A stretch of 64,000 bases of DNA. Source: Rhizodiscina lignyota (taxonomy: Eukaryota). The position numbers and the translations under genes are program-made. Shown here one piece after another: positions 51,877-64,000 of the stretch. The stretch covers positions 1 to 64,000 of the forward strand of contig ML978137.1 of the NCBI GenBank assembly GCA_010015805.1. Reading direction: 5' to 3'. Position 1 is the first letter of the stretch; each line of letters opens with the position of its first letter. Below the pieces are notes generated by a model. That model was not told where the DNA came from. It ran no database searches and saw nothing but the letters and a program-made list of their open reading frames with translations.

Positions 51877-53346
51877 CTAGCTTTCCTGCCTGAACAGCCA
51901 GGTATTAAACTGCACCGTATCCAGACCCTCCGGTATCGAATTCCTCGTCGTTCGCCACTTCCTAGAATATGCTTCAAAGCTACTATGATCTGCTGGTTTC
52001 AACGCAAGAGACTTCACTCTCAGCGTCTCGGGGCTGTCCTCACCTTCACAGATGACCCTGGCTTTATGCGCTCTTTCTGCAAATGTACTCGCCCGCGCTT
52101 GATCCCCATGCGCGATACTGATCTGGAAAGCGTCGTAGTAGAGCCTGGCATTCAATGCCCCAGCACAGCCGTCGAATTCCTGCTCCAGGACTTGAAGCAG
52201 CGAGTAGCAGTCCCTCAGGCTGTCATGTGGGCTGCTCATCATGCGCAAGGGATTCCCGATGGCTTCGTCGAGGCTCTGGATCTGTGTGCGCCGGTTGTCG
52301 CTGGCTTGGAGCAAGGAGGGGCGAAGAGTACAACCGCTGCAGGTGCAGAAGAAACCGAAGGCTTCTTTCAGGAAGGCCTGTCGTGTACTTGACGAGCCTC
52401 CATGATCGTATGAAATTGTGATCTCTGCTCCGCTTTTGATTGTTCGGATCGCGTGGATGGTTTCGTGTTCTTCGTTGCTGTTCCAGCTGTTGTGAGCGTT
52501 CGGGATGCAGCTGTGGTTGATGAAGCACACTGTTGGGTAGACGCCGCCGATGGGCGACCTGGATCCACACGGCAGAGCATTCGTCTTGAAGATGCCGCTA
52601 AATGGATACTTTCCTGGGAAGTTGTTGTGAAGGCTCAGGAACTGGCGCTGCGACGATTTCGACATGGCTTTCAGCTTCGCCACGAGGAACGTTTCCAACT
52701 CTTCGCGTGACTTGGCTCGGACTGTGAGAAGCGGCTTCTCACACAGGATGCGGGTGCCACTGGATATGTTGAAGCGGGCGACGAGGCCTTTACCTCTCCC
52801 AGGGATGTCTTTAATTTCGAAGAGCGGGATCTCGAGTTCCTTGAGGGGATCGGTGCCGTCGATGAAATGAGCGATACTGGTGGGCATCTCGGATCCGTCT
52901 AGCTGTGCGTGGGTTTTAAGCGTTATCGAGGAGCAGCAACGGTGGGCAAGAAGGGCATGACGAACCTGCTCATAAGACCTAATTGATTCATGGACTTTTC
53001 TCCAGTCATAGATACCAAATTGGTCGGCGCCCTCGTTCCAGTACTTAACGCGGGAACCGAAATGGACCCGTGCAACACGTGTAACAGTATAAATATAGCG
53101 TTCTACTCCTGAGGCCGTTGCGATTGCCCCTGAGACCTTCGAACTAAAACGCAGAAATTTGTGGCCCTCAAAGGGAAGCTTGGGATGTTCGCCTGCTTTG
53201 AAGTTGATGTAATTCGGTTTTATCTCGACCTGGATATCATCTTTGTAATATTCTTTGATGAAGTCGATAAATCGTCCCCAGTTGTGTCTGTCAACGACCC
53301 CTTTAGACAGAGGAGGATCCATATCGAACCCGGCGTCAATTCCCAT
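51877..53346 (-). CDS. SET-domain protein (Set5-like, TPR-like C-terminus) with extra N-terminal domain; probable in-frame intron near 52903-52965
   Basis: IPGRGKGLVA, FINHSCIPNA, GAEITISY, FGFFCTCSGC, RLYYDAFQI.IAHGDQARA. Confidence 0.88.
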   Translation of the reverse strand: MGIDAGFDMDPPLSKGVVDRHNWGRFIDFIKEYYKDDIQVEIKPNYINFKAGEHPKLPFEGHKFLRFSSKVSGAIATASGVERYIYTVTRVARVHFGSRVKYWNEGADQFGIYDWRKVHESIRSYEQVRHALLAHRCCSSITLKTHAQLDGSEMPTSIAHFIDGTDPLKELEIPLFEIKDIPGRGKGLVARFNISSGTRILCEKPLLTVRAKSREELETFLVAKLKAMSKSSQRQFLSLHNNFPGKYPFSGIFKTNALPCGSRSPIGGVYPTVCFINHSCIPNAHNSWNSNEEHETIHAIRTIKSGAEITISYDHGGSSSTRQAFLKEAFGFFCTCSGCTLRPSLLQASDNRRTQIQSLDEAIGNPLRMMSSPHDSLRDCYSLLQVLEQEFDGCAGALNARLYYDAFQISIAHGDQARASTFAERAHKARVICEGEDSPETLRVKSLALKPADHSSFEAYSRKWRTTRNSIPEGLDTVQFNTWLFRQES

Positions 53347-53889
53347 AGCTGCACTTTGCAATTGAAATCACGCAAGCAGAAGTAACTGGTTGAAGTCTGA
53401 TGAGATCGTCAGTGCGAGAAAACATGCGAGAGGCGGTGAGTTGATAATGTATTGTGTCTAACTAATTTATGTCGTGTAACAGCAACTCAACCAATGACTC
53501 AATGACACAAAGCTAGCTGTAATGTAGGCTTCAGTCTCGTGATGATCAGTTTCCAAGCAAGAAGGCTGCGGCTCTTACGCCCTCATCAGTGTCCCCTAAA
53601 ACGATGGAGGCGGACGTGGCCGGCTAATTATACCATTGGCATGGTGTTCACGGCGAGGCACAACGACGGGCACAGCGACAACGGGAACAGCCACCGCGAG
53701 GTATGACAAGCGCAGTGCGACACCAACGGTCGGCCTCTAATTATCTCTATTTGCCTGTCTGCTCGACCATTGCGCCGAAAGTGCGACGAAGACCAACCCT
53801 CTCAGGATTAATGATACAGCAACAGGAAGCGAAGCTCGTGCGAGCTTGCCTCAGACCGATCCAAAGCTCCATCCTTTGTGCGGCAGTCT

Positions 53890-54150
53890 CATAAAGATAG
53901 CCGTAATTTAGTAGAAGAGTATATTCAAAACGACTTTTAATAATATAAACGAAACGATTAATAGTACGATCTAAAGCGTGAGATTTTCCTAGTACGGAGT
54001 AGTACTCTATAGATAAATAGGCGAAAAATAGTACTAAATTAGTTAAGACTCTATAGACTTAGGGTGGGGAGAGAATTAAGGTACCTAAACCGTGAATCCA
54101 TCTCGCTGTATAGGGATTCTCGTTGCGTAGGGACGTCTATTACTATTTAC
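53890..54150. repeat. AT-rich, RIP-mutated relic of a repeat or transposon
   Basis: TpA is very frequent and CpA/TpG almost absent (I count about three in 53890-54090), in sharp contrast with the flanks. Confidence 0.6.
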
Positions 54151-54437
54151 AATTGAACGGAGATACGATACAGCCACACTGGGTTTGAATTTAGTTGACA
54201 AAGCCCAAACTTCATGCTTGTGGTAGATAGAGACAATACAGGAATCATGTAGATCAAAGTGCCTTATCACCCCTGTTTTTCGTCGACATGCATTTCCTGA
54301 GCTGATGGCACTCCCTGAGGCGATGGCAATTCGACAGGCTCTGGAATGTCTCCTTCCATTTCGTACTTTTTCTGGACTGTTGAGTTCAGACACTGTCTTC
54401 GGCTGTCAGGCATCGTTAGCAGCCACCCTTAAGCTTT

Positions 54438-55943
54438 CTAGATGAATTCCATCGTCTTGCTAACCTGATGTAACTCCTGCACGGCTGCCGAGTCGAGTTC
54501 AGAACGTGGTTCCAGATCGGTCTTCAGTGCTCGCGCAGTTTGTGTTCCATCCAGCTCGGGCTTATCACCAAAGCCTTGTGTGTCTTTTTTCCTGGCTTGC
54601 CTGCGTTTTCGCAGCCAGAATACGACGAGGGCAAGGAAAAGTGCTGCACCGACAACACCTCCAACTACACCACCTGTGATTGCGCCGGTATGATTGCTGC
54701 CAGTATGATTGCCGATGGTATGGTTGCCGGTGGTGTTGTGGCCGCTTGAGACGTTCCGAGCATCGCAAATCGGGACCAAGTCCTGACCAGGTATACCATC
54801 GGTATAGATAGGGTATAAAATCAATTGGTTCCGAGAGAAATCTAACACCGCGTAGTTCATACTGAAATAAGGCCTCCCCCAAAACGCCTGAGGGAGCGAC
54901 CTCGTGTCATTACCAGCTAGTGCTATATAAGTATCTTGATTCTCGATCACGGAACCGTTTTCAGATAGTGACACCAACGGCGCAAAGAGTTCTTCATTTG
55001 GGATAACTGTTGTGTATCCGTTTGAAAGAGTGACGGTAAGATTTCCTGGTGGACGTGCTGGATAGACAATACGACCGGCTGTTCCATTGTAAGTTCCATT
55101 GGTTGCCTTTAGCAAGCCTTCGAAAGGTGCTTGGAAGAGCTGGAGGTCGGGCTGAGTGAGTTCGGGAAACATCGAAAACGTTTCATTGAAGTCTTTCAAC
55201 AGGTTGACAGATCCGCTCAAATCATTATAAGTGAGGGTCGTTATATTGATACAGTTCGAACAATCGGTGTTGAAGCTGATCGTGGTTGACGTATTCCCGG
55301 AAACCAAACTACCGTCGTACCCGCCTAACACTAGTGAAGAACTGGGAGCGTTTTGCGGTAGGACGCCCTGGGGAGTGCCTCGGCTTCCAGGCCAGTATCC
55401 AACAACATGAGAAATAACTTGGCCCGTTGCTACTAGGGACTTGAACATGACTGAATCGCTGGTTAGAGGAAAGGTGTTGGTCGCTTTGACTTATTGTTAA
55501 CAAACTGTAACTCTCTTTCGAGGATACTACTAACCAAAAGCGTCCGAGTTATTTTGGGTTATGATTGGGCAACCCTCGAGCTTAAACTGATCGCCAACCT
55601 GAAGTGTGTCATATCCGAGGGTAAACTCGGGTGTATCAACTTGTGTGTCAGAACCGTTCCAGGTCGTGGGTGGTTTGGCTACACTGAATGTAGAGGACTT
55701 GGCCCAGTTATAAAGACCGAGGTCGTTGAGACCGAGTGGAAACGGATATTGGGACTGATTTATTGGGACATTGTCGTTTATCACTATGACATCGTCGTAA
55801 CTCGACCTTACGAATAGGTGGACTGCTTGACCCGGAGTTCCAATATCAATTTGAATAGCTCTTGCAAGCCCACTAGCCGTACCCCCGACCCATATATCAA
55901 CCATCTCAAGAGCCAAGGGGTTCGAAGAGCTGTTGCAGTCCAT
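54438..55943 (-). CDS. Aspartic-protease-fold type I membrane protein, catalytically degenerate (intron ~55480-55533; start uncertain)
   Basis: IDIGTPGQ, YNWAKSSTF, GYDTLQVG, LVLGGYD, LTVTLSNG, WGRPYFSMNYAVLDF. TM GAITGGVVGGVVGAALFLALVVFWL followed by RKRR. No DTG/DSG motifs. Confidence 0.75.
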
Positions 55944-57246
55944 CGTGGCCGGATAATCTATGCAAATGGGAAGTCGAGGCAACAAGAGAGTGACTGAGAG
56001 TGACTGAGTAAGAGGAGAGAAGGAGAGGCCCGGGAAGTTCAAGACATTTCGTCCCGCTAGACACGGCCAACGCAGTGCATATGAATGTGTAGCGGGACGC
56101 ATTTACAACAAACCGCAGATGTGCCTGATTTCACCAGGCAGGATTATGGCTCTTCCAATGGACTGGTAGCGCTCGTCTAACCTTGAACTGACGTGAGATT
56201 TAGCTGCAACCGATCAAAATATTTGGTGCCCTGGAGACTCTCTTACTTTCACTGATTCTCTATGAAAGCTTCGTAGAATACAAAGGTATCATTTACCTCA
56301 CGGATTGCCTTGATCCCAATGTATAAAATTAGATTAAAAGATTTCTGGTCTTCACTTCTGATGATAGTAAGGCTTAAAGCTCAAGCTTGAAACGAACTAG
56401 AAATGGGTAAGGCCGAGAGCATGCACGACTTTTGCCGCATTTGAACATTCTGCGAAGTTGGCGTGTGAGCACTTCCCCTGCACTGCCATGCGGAGGCCCG
56501 AGGAACCTTGACACCGCGGCGGGTGGCCCACAACCAAGAGATGCCTGGAGAGGTTATTAGGTCTGTGGCACTTCGAAGTTCGATCAAATGAACCGAGTCG
56601 TGCTTGGGACCTTGCTATATGGTAAGGGGTCCGTAGCAGCCACTTCCCAGTAAAGCTTACCGCAGTAAAGAGCATTACCTTAGATTAGTAAGGTAACGCC
56701 CATCCCTCAGCCGCACAATGTGCTGTACGACGTATTCCCGGTCGACGCATGGCTGGTGAGCATGATGCTTCTGATCTTGCAGCTCTTATCAACTCCTCTA
56801 GACCGAAGTATTGTCGGAGCACGAATGACCAATGTGAGTTGATTGGGGAAGGAAGTTCTCAAGGAGAAGTGAACGGTTATATACAGGGGCGCTAAGACGC
56901 ACTGATCACCTCCTGACAAGTATGAATCTAGATCATGAGAGCCTTGCTCTTCGTAGTTTGTCATTACGACAGGCGCGTCAAGCCCTACGATACTCAGTCC
57001 TGAACAGTATCTTCATCCTCATCGATTCCCGCTGTCTTCTTGTCTACTTCGTACGGCATTCGGCACCCACCGCCCCACCGCTTCTGCTTCAATCCACTTG
57101 GTGAAAATTTCAGGAACTAGGCTTGCAATATTCTATATTCATTATTTCACGCTAAGATGAAAACGCCCTATATTTCCACAAATGAAGTCAAATGGCCATC
57201 CCCATGATTACCGCCGACGATACATTGAGATCGGCGTGCGAAACTA

Positions 57247-58343
57247 TCAGGCTTTCATGGTCTTCAGCGTCTCAGCGAGACCAGGACCTCTCGGCTTCCA
57301 ACCCAACTTCTTCGCGTTCTTGGGTTCAATCAGCGTGTTTCCTCCTAAGTACCTATTTGTGTCATGTCAGCTACTGTCGCGAAGACTAGGAGTGGTGCTA
57401 CTCACCCCGCAGTAGTACCAGCTTCTTCAAATGTGACACTTCTCGCCTCCACTCTCTCTCCGTCTCCTTTCAGCTTACCCAGGCGGACTACGGCTTCGGC
57501 AAAAAGCTCTGCAATCTGCTTGTTCGGCCATCTCTTATCGGCCAGAAGATAAAACTCGTTGAGCACACTGCCCTTTCCATATTTTTGTTGCTCGGAGTCT
57601 TGTGTGGCCCTCGCATAGACTTTCATCATCGCATCCACAACGTCGTCAACATGTATCGAGACGAATTCGCTCGTGCCTGGCCCGATGTAAGGGCTGTATC
57701 CCTTGTCGACAATGTTGCCGACCATCCAACCGACCCACACGCCCAGGGTTTTGGCGAACGGCGCGCCTTCGGCACCGGCGAGGAGGCCGATGTGATTCTC
57801 GCTCGCACCGTAGATGCCGACAGGACAAAGGATGTACGCGTTAACCTTACCGTCCTCCGCGGCACGGATGATGACTTCATCGGCTGCTCCGTTGGGTGGC
57901 ATTGACGCGTCGATTTTCTTCACTTGCTCAGGATTTGTGTCAATGAAGGGTAGATCCAGCGCCTTATTGGTTTCTTTAAAGACGCCATCCTTGGCCCTGT
58001 CAATGAAATTTCCAGCGCCGGAGAGATGGATGTATATCGCATTTCTGCCATTCTTTTCCTTGTATGCTTCGACACCACGGAGGATTGCCTCATTGACGTC
58101 CAGGAACCTGGATGCAGCCGCGTCGATAACGATGCTGTGTTCCGATGCCAGCTTCTCGAGAACCGAGAGATCGTTCTCAAAATCTCCATGGACGACAGTG
58201 GTGTTCCCAAGAGATGCGATTCCATTGTCGAGTGCGTGCGTGCGGAGAAAAAGCGTCAGGGGAACAGAGGGATATGCTTGTCGAAAAACGGTAAGGAAAG
58301 CACCGCCAACTTGGCCAGATGCCCCTACGAGTAGGACAGACAT
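57247..58343 (-). CDS. NAD(P)-binding Rossmann-fold protein (epimerase/dehydratase, NmrA-like), 2 exons
   Basis: VLLVGASGQVG, YIHLSG, ILCPVGIYG, IHVDDV; second exon YLGGN...AKKLGWKP. Confidence 0.85.
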
Positions 58344-59948
58344 TTCGATGTTCTTAAGGTTATAGAAGGTGTGCTGTTGATGCTCTTGGGTGTTGATTGG
58401 TGAGGCCGGATGAGTTCGATGCGAGGAGTAGAATTAAATTTGAATTGATGAGGAACTTGCTGTGAGATGTTGGAGATGTTGTAGTCGAGATCGCAGACAA
58501 AGAGTTGCATTTTATAGAAAATGAATTCCCCATAGAAGACATCACAATACTACCTTTGATTCTCAAGCATCGTTGCTTGCATAATTGTATTGCACGTGAT
58601 TGCTGCAATCTGTAAATACCTAGTGCCATCTTTGGCGGTGACATTGAACGCACTTTGCACTACTGTAACGCCGTGTGCTTACACACGCGAAGAACCGTCT
58701 ACTTCATCTCCTTCAAACTAATCATAATGTACGTCAAGGCCTTCAACTGAAGGATGACAAAGCCAAGATGCGTCCTCCCGCCGAGGCTGTTGCCCGAATC
58801 CGGAAATTCGAGGCTGTGACAAAAACCATCTTGTTCCGTAATCGCGCCAAGAAGGAAATCGTGCTTTGCTGCCTGAGATCGAGATGAACGACATTAATAG
58901 GATCGTGGCCATGCTGTGAAACCTCAACAGCATTATACAAGTTACTGGCGACTCCTCCCTAGGGCACGATGCGACCTCGAGGTTCGCCTCTCGATCTAGA
59001 GATGGCGATCGCGTCGCAGCATTGATTATTCGCAAGTACGGGCTGGATATTTCGAGAATTCACAATTGATTGGGAAGAGCATTGAAGAGAAATCAACAGA
59101 TCCAGAGGTAAACAGGGAAGCTCAGAACGCGCAAAGTCAGAATACTCGTGTCAGTCAGGCGAATCTTCCTGTCTGACGGAGCCGGTGCCACTTTGGCTTT
59201 CATCAGTCTTTGAGGGTATTCTGGATCCCACTTCATTACTTTTTACTTTAAAGCCCTAAGGTCCCTCATCCGATGTCAAAAATGATGAGGAAACTAAGCC
59301 TCGCAGCTACAAGTAGCACCGAGTGAACGCGTTGTCGACGCGTCCGTCAAATTCGCCCGACCGTCCGTTCCTGTCCAGCTTCAAGGTTCGGGCCAACATC
59401 AGACACCGGCGTCGCAGCCACTTCGTAAACGAGCCTACGACCCAACCAGAAACTCATTCACGATCCGCTCGAGCATATACAGAGCATGTCCAGACTGGAA
59501 TCGAGCAGGACATGTGGGGCCAAGAAATTGCGGGGAACCTGGGGATGCGCTAGCGTGTCAGAGAGCTCCCCCAGAAAGCTCTCTCCACCAAACCCATGGA
59601 GGTGATATATGCAAGACCACTCGTTCGGCAGTTGACAACACCCAACCATGTAATCTTCCATGTGCATTTGACAAATACTCCACCCTGGAGAAGCCATTGT
59701 GAGTGAACTCAATGCCTCGTAATACCCTTCGGTGCGGTCAACGGACTGATTTGAGAACATCACCAGATCCAAGACTGAGCTTCCCTGCACCAGATCTTGT
59801 TGAGTGCAAAATGTATTTAAGGCCCGGAGCCTTCGGAATTGGGACTCTCAAGAGCTGCAGAACTTTTGGTATTCTTCCGGAACGTCAACTACCATAGTTT
59901 TCAGCCGTTTTCTCGTTTCCCTCACCCCATTCGTACCATTAATTCCAC

Positions 59949-61003
59949 CATGGCGCGTTCCGAAGAAGACAAGATTTCCGACGGCATTGCGGAGGATAGA
60001 GGCCTGAGCAAGTCTGTCTCTGCGATAACAATGTCTCCAGAGCTGTTCGAGAAGGTAGCGGCCGCGCGTTTCGGAGATCCATACAGAGATTGTTAACTAT
60101 GCGGGTCAGCTCTATCTCACACCCAAGGTTCCTCATGCAGGAGATTACAATAAACGATTTGCGAATCCTACACCATTGGGCTTCTTAGGGTAAAGACCGC
60201 AAAAAGGTCGATTCTGCGTACAGTGTTAATTATTTTTAGGTTCGTCATCTCTACGTTCACCTTTGCAATGGTGATGATGGGATGGGGTGGCGCGTCGGGC
60301 CTTTCCCCTGTTGTGTAAGTTATCAGTTTACTCTCACAGTCAAACAATAGTGATCCTTGAAGCCCAGTTGCTAACAGGAAACCAAACCAGTGGCATATTC
60401 TTCTTCGTTGGCCCAGTGCTCCTTACCTTCGCCATGGTCTTCGAATGGATTATGGGCAACTTCTTCCCAATGATGGTCATGGGCCTCTTCGACGTCTTCT
60501 GGCTTTCTTTCGGTGTGCTACAGCTCCCGACTCTCGGACTCTCCTCGCCTTACGCAACGGCCGCGGATAAGACGGGCGCCGCAAGTCCGGAGTATAATGC
60601 CGTGATCGCACTGTATCTGATCGTCTGGGGCTTTGCGCTGTTCACATTCTTCATCTTCACGCTGAAGATCAATACCGTCTTTGCACTGATTTTCTTTTTC
60701 GTGAGTGTTGCGGCGTGGGTGCTATCGGGCGCGTATTGGAAGGTTTCAAAAGGGGAGTACGAAATTGCAGGACATTTGCAAAAGGTATGTCTACCATATG
60801 TATCGGACTTTCGAGACGGCGAAGTACTGATCTGTTTAAAGGCTGGTGGGGCGTTACTCTTCATCGTGGCAGCGCTAGGATGGTACATGTGCTTCATCAT
60901 AATGGCAGGCGAGATGCGGATAACCTTGAAGCTTCCAGTTGGGGATCTGAGCCACTTCTGGCCGAAGACAGATGTCGAATTGGCGATAGCGGAACGGGCG
61001 TAA
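59949..61003 (+). CDS. GPR1/FUN34/YaaH-family (acetate/ammonium) transporter, multi-exon
   Basis: SPELFEK|LYL, FANPTPLG signature, EWIMGNFF, FWLSFG, about six TM segments, LPVGDLS. Confidence 0.9.
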
Positions 61004-62060
61004 CGAACGACGCGTTCATGGAGCGACACGGGCGTAATGAGACTGAAGATACCAACGAGAAGTTCCTGGAGTCGTTGCTGGGTGAGTGCAAAGCAGGACT
61101 ATTCCGATACTTCTCGCATACCATCAGCTCGTTCTCAGATTCGACTCTATACCATGAGCGTCATGAAAGGCTAATAAGCTCTCGCGACCGACATATACAG
61201 TGGCCGTCGCAAGTAAGATTCTTGGCCATTTCCAATCGTTAGCTTAGCGGAATAATGGTTGGCAATCTCTGGTGAATGAGCTATCGGGATAATTAACGGA
61301 GTGTCGCGTTCCCTCATGAGAGACTACATAGACATAACAGCCTGAAATACGTTTAATCACTGTCACCGGGAACTTGATCCTTTCCCTTATGGACCTTGGT
61401 TTGGTCTCCTTAGTCCCGTTCCGTCCAGTGCATGCTCTGCTTGGCAGTAGGGCTCGAATGGCCTGATGGCGAGAGTCGGGAGGCGGGTCCCAAGAATTGT
61501 GCAACAAGCTTCCTTCCAGAACCTCACGGGCCTTTCGACAAGAATTAAAGGAGCAAAGGCGGGAAATGTGAAAAAGCATATTTCCGAGGACTGCAAAACG
61601 AAAACTGTCTCTGTTGGTGGCTTGAAGTTTGAGCGCACATTTGATATGTGAGACGACAAGAGCGCTCCTCTCGACCGGTGAACCCGATTTGAGCAGTCGT
61701 GATTTCTCCGATTACTGAGAACAGCTTAGTGCGAATGGCGCGCGATTCATATGATAGGTTGAGGCGCCGAAAGCAGGGCAATTTCGCGCAGATGGGAAAT
61801 TGGACTTGGTGGTTTGGCTGTAGCGCGCACGTGGTGGCTTTTGCTCTGACAGCTTGACGGCGCTTCATCGCGCCGGCAATGCACACCCAGTGCCCGATAT
61901 CAACCCCATCTGTGCCCCCTGACTCCAGCATCATCGCCGTGTGAATTCTGCTCTTTCACCTTCCAACCATGCCTTAGGAGCGTCTGCTACGTCTCCGTCC
62001 ACTCATTTGCACCATTGTATATTGCCCATTCTTTCGTTCGTCTATTCAGTCTTTTCCATC

Positions 62061-63491
62061 ATGGTGGTGAAGGTTCCGCCGTTACTCTTCCTTCTATTGC
62101 TCCTCGGCGCTCATCCCGGTGGCGCGTCGCCTGCTGCAAGAGGTAAGCTAAGCTCGTGTCATATACGATGTCCGGTGGAAATTCGCGCGAAAGAGTGTCA
62201 ATTGATGTCATAACCAGGCCAATTGCAATATAATGCCCTCCACAACGCGATACGTCCGCGAATGGTCGCACCGCAGATAGCTCATGTCGAATCCTCAGTC
62301 GCAGAGCCCACATCGACGCCAGCACCTTCGACGACACCGAAGCAATCACCAAAGCAGTCAAAGACCACCACCAGTACAGATGCTGCTGGTAAACCATACA
62401 CAGCGAACGTCGCAAATATCGCGCATGTCGAATCGCAAGTGGCCTCCACGACTTCGCCCGCCAACAACTTCAAAGCACATACTGAAGTGAAAGCCTCGTC
62501 ACCTTCTTCCTCGCAAGAAATAACCGCAACCGCACACACTGAAGAATTAGTACCACACACAACCGGGCATGGCGGCGCACAACCCGCAGACGCCCACGTG
62601 GAGTCGCCTGTCCCTACACCACAGACTGCGCATGTCGAGCAGCCTGCACCTGCTACATCCTCAACACCGGGGGCGAAGCCGACGGCGCATGTAGAAATGC
62701 CAGTGCCATCGTTAACGCCAGACCATGGAGAAGGGAAGGGTGGAAGTGGAAGTGCGCATTCGTCATCGTGGTCTTCAATTGTCTCTGCTGCCGAAGCTCC
62801 ACCTCAGTCTCTTACGCCTGTCGTTCCTGCTGGTGAGGCATCATCACCGCACGCTCAAAGCGAAATCCAATCCTCTTTACCACCGCAAGCCATTACCGCA
62901 GCAGCTGGCATCCTTACGTACGGCGCACATACGATATCATACAGCGCCGGCCCTACTGCCATCGCCATTGGCTCGCTGACCGCTGCCGCAGGGCAAACGC
63001 TCACAATAAACTCGACACCGGTGGTTGTGTCTGCCTCAGGAGCGTCACTGTACCTCCACCCAGCTCCTACGGCGTCAGAGATGGCTTCAACCACCGAAGG
63101 TGGCCACATTACCAGCAGCGTTCCTTTCGAACACATCACAGCGACCTTGACAGCCGGATCAAGTACGTGGCACGAAGTCATCGAAGCAACGAAAAACAGT
63201 GCCGGAAATCTTGTCGCTGTCACCTCCGGGGCTGATCAAGAAGTATGGGCTGCGGCTGCGACGGCTGCAACTTCAGCCAAAGGAAGCCAACACACAGCCT
63301 TAACACTTGCGAGCGAGAGCAGCGAAGCATCGAGCACCCCAACTGAATCGTCGACGTCTGGCACCGCGAGTGGAGCGGGTAGCTCCAGCGCAGCTACAAC
63401 AGGCGCAGCCTCTCGAAATTCTGATAATTCATTACGCTTCGCCGTAGCTGCCGTACTTGGCGCTGTTGTTGGCACAGTACTAATGTTGTAA
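62061..63491 (+). CDS. Ser/Thr/Ala/Pro-rich, probably GPI-anchored cell-surface protein with AH[VT]E repeats (intron ~62143-62217)
   Basis: Signal peptide MVVKVPPLLFLLLLLGAHPGGA, STP-rich body, small-residue omega region TTGAAS and hydrophobic C-terminus FAVAAVLGAVVGTVLML. Confidence 0.82.
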
Positions 63492-64000
63492 TTGTACGTA
63501 CTACTTTGTTACGTGTAATGGGACTTGGGCGCATGAAATGGGCTTGAAAAGATAGGGTACGGCATTGTGATGGGACTTCTTAGCGGGCGTCATTATGAGA
63601 TGGCGAGCACCGCATGTATATACTTGAGATACCTTGGACATATTTACATGGCTGACATTGGGCATGGATACATATGGCTTGTATGTAGTAGTAATTGGAT
63701 GGAAACCTGATGGCTCATTTATGGCCTCCAGTCGGAGCATTATTCCGAATAGTTCTGTACTTCATCATTCTCGGACCCTTGAGAACTCGTTTTCCCTATT
63801 TCCAAAACACGGAGAATGAACAGGTTTGATTTCTTACTCTACCACAGCGGTAACTGTCGGTCGTCTCTGGCGGTGTTCGGCGGCCGAGGCCCAATCGTGG
63901 CCCCCGCAAGTTGTGAGACTACTCCACATGGATGGTGTGTAGTTTACAGTGAATGAAATATCATGTCCGGAATCCAATTTTGAGGAACCACTCCGAATTT

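Noticed and set aside
54059..54064. TTAGGG hexamer
   Set aside because: A single copy inside the RIP-like patch; not a telomeric array.
56675..56696. 8-bp perfect inverted repeat TTACCTTA-N6-TAAGGTAA
   Set aside because: Short enough to occur by chance in 64 kb, with no associated element.
58675..59035. Short ORFs between the Rossmann-fold gene and the GPR1/FUN34 gene
   Set aside because: No motifs or clear splice pattern; likely promoter DNA.

Overview
Eukaryotic DNA from a filamentous ascomycete (Pezizomycotina-type). This rests on short GT-AG introns with CTRAC/CTAAC-like branch points, fungal gene families and a small RIP-like AT-rich patch. About 29 protein-coding genes can be supported. 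I found no rRNA, tRNA, CRISPR array or intact transposon. Housekeeping genes are PheRS alpha, RNA pol III C34, a PNKP-like enzyme, a GCPII/Vps70-like peptidase and a GPR1/FUN34 transporter. They are mixed with accessory genes: a 5.8-kb fungal NLR (SesB-like hydrolase, NACHT, ankyrins and an extra C-terminal coiled coil), two SET-domain proteins, an F-box protein, a tyrosinase, an O-methyltransferase, a membrane aspartic pseudo-protease and a GPI protein with AH[VT]E repeats. The best candidate for an undescribed system is a compact 27.8-38.7 kb block of seven consecutive enzyme/transporter genes with no PKS/NRPS: secreted esterase, Gfa, SDR, metallo-beta-lactamase-fold lactonase, bacterial-looking TauD, sugar-porter MFS and PhyH dioxygenase. 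It looks like a catabolic or detoxification cluster. All family calls come from recognising motifs by eye, and all exon boundaries were inferred by hand. No database searches were run.
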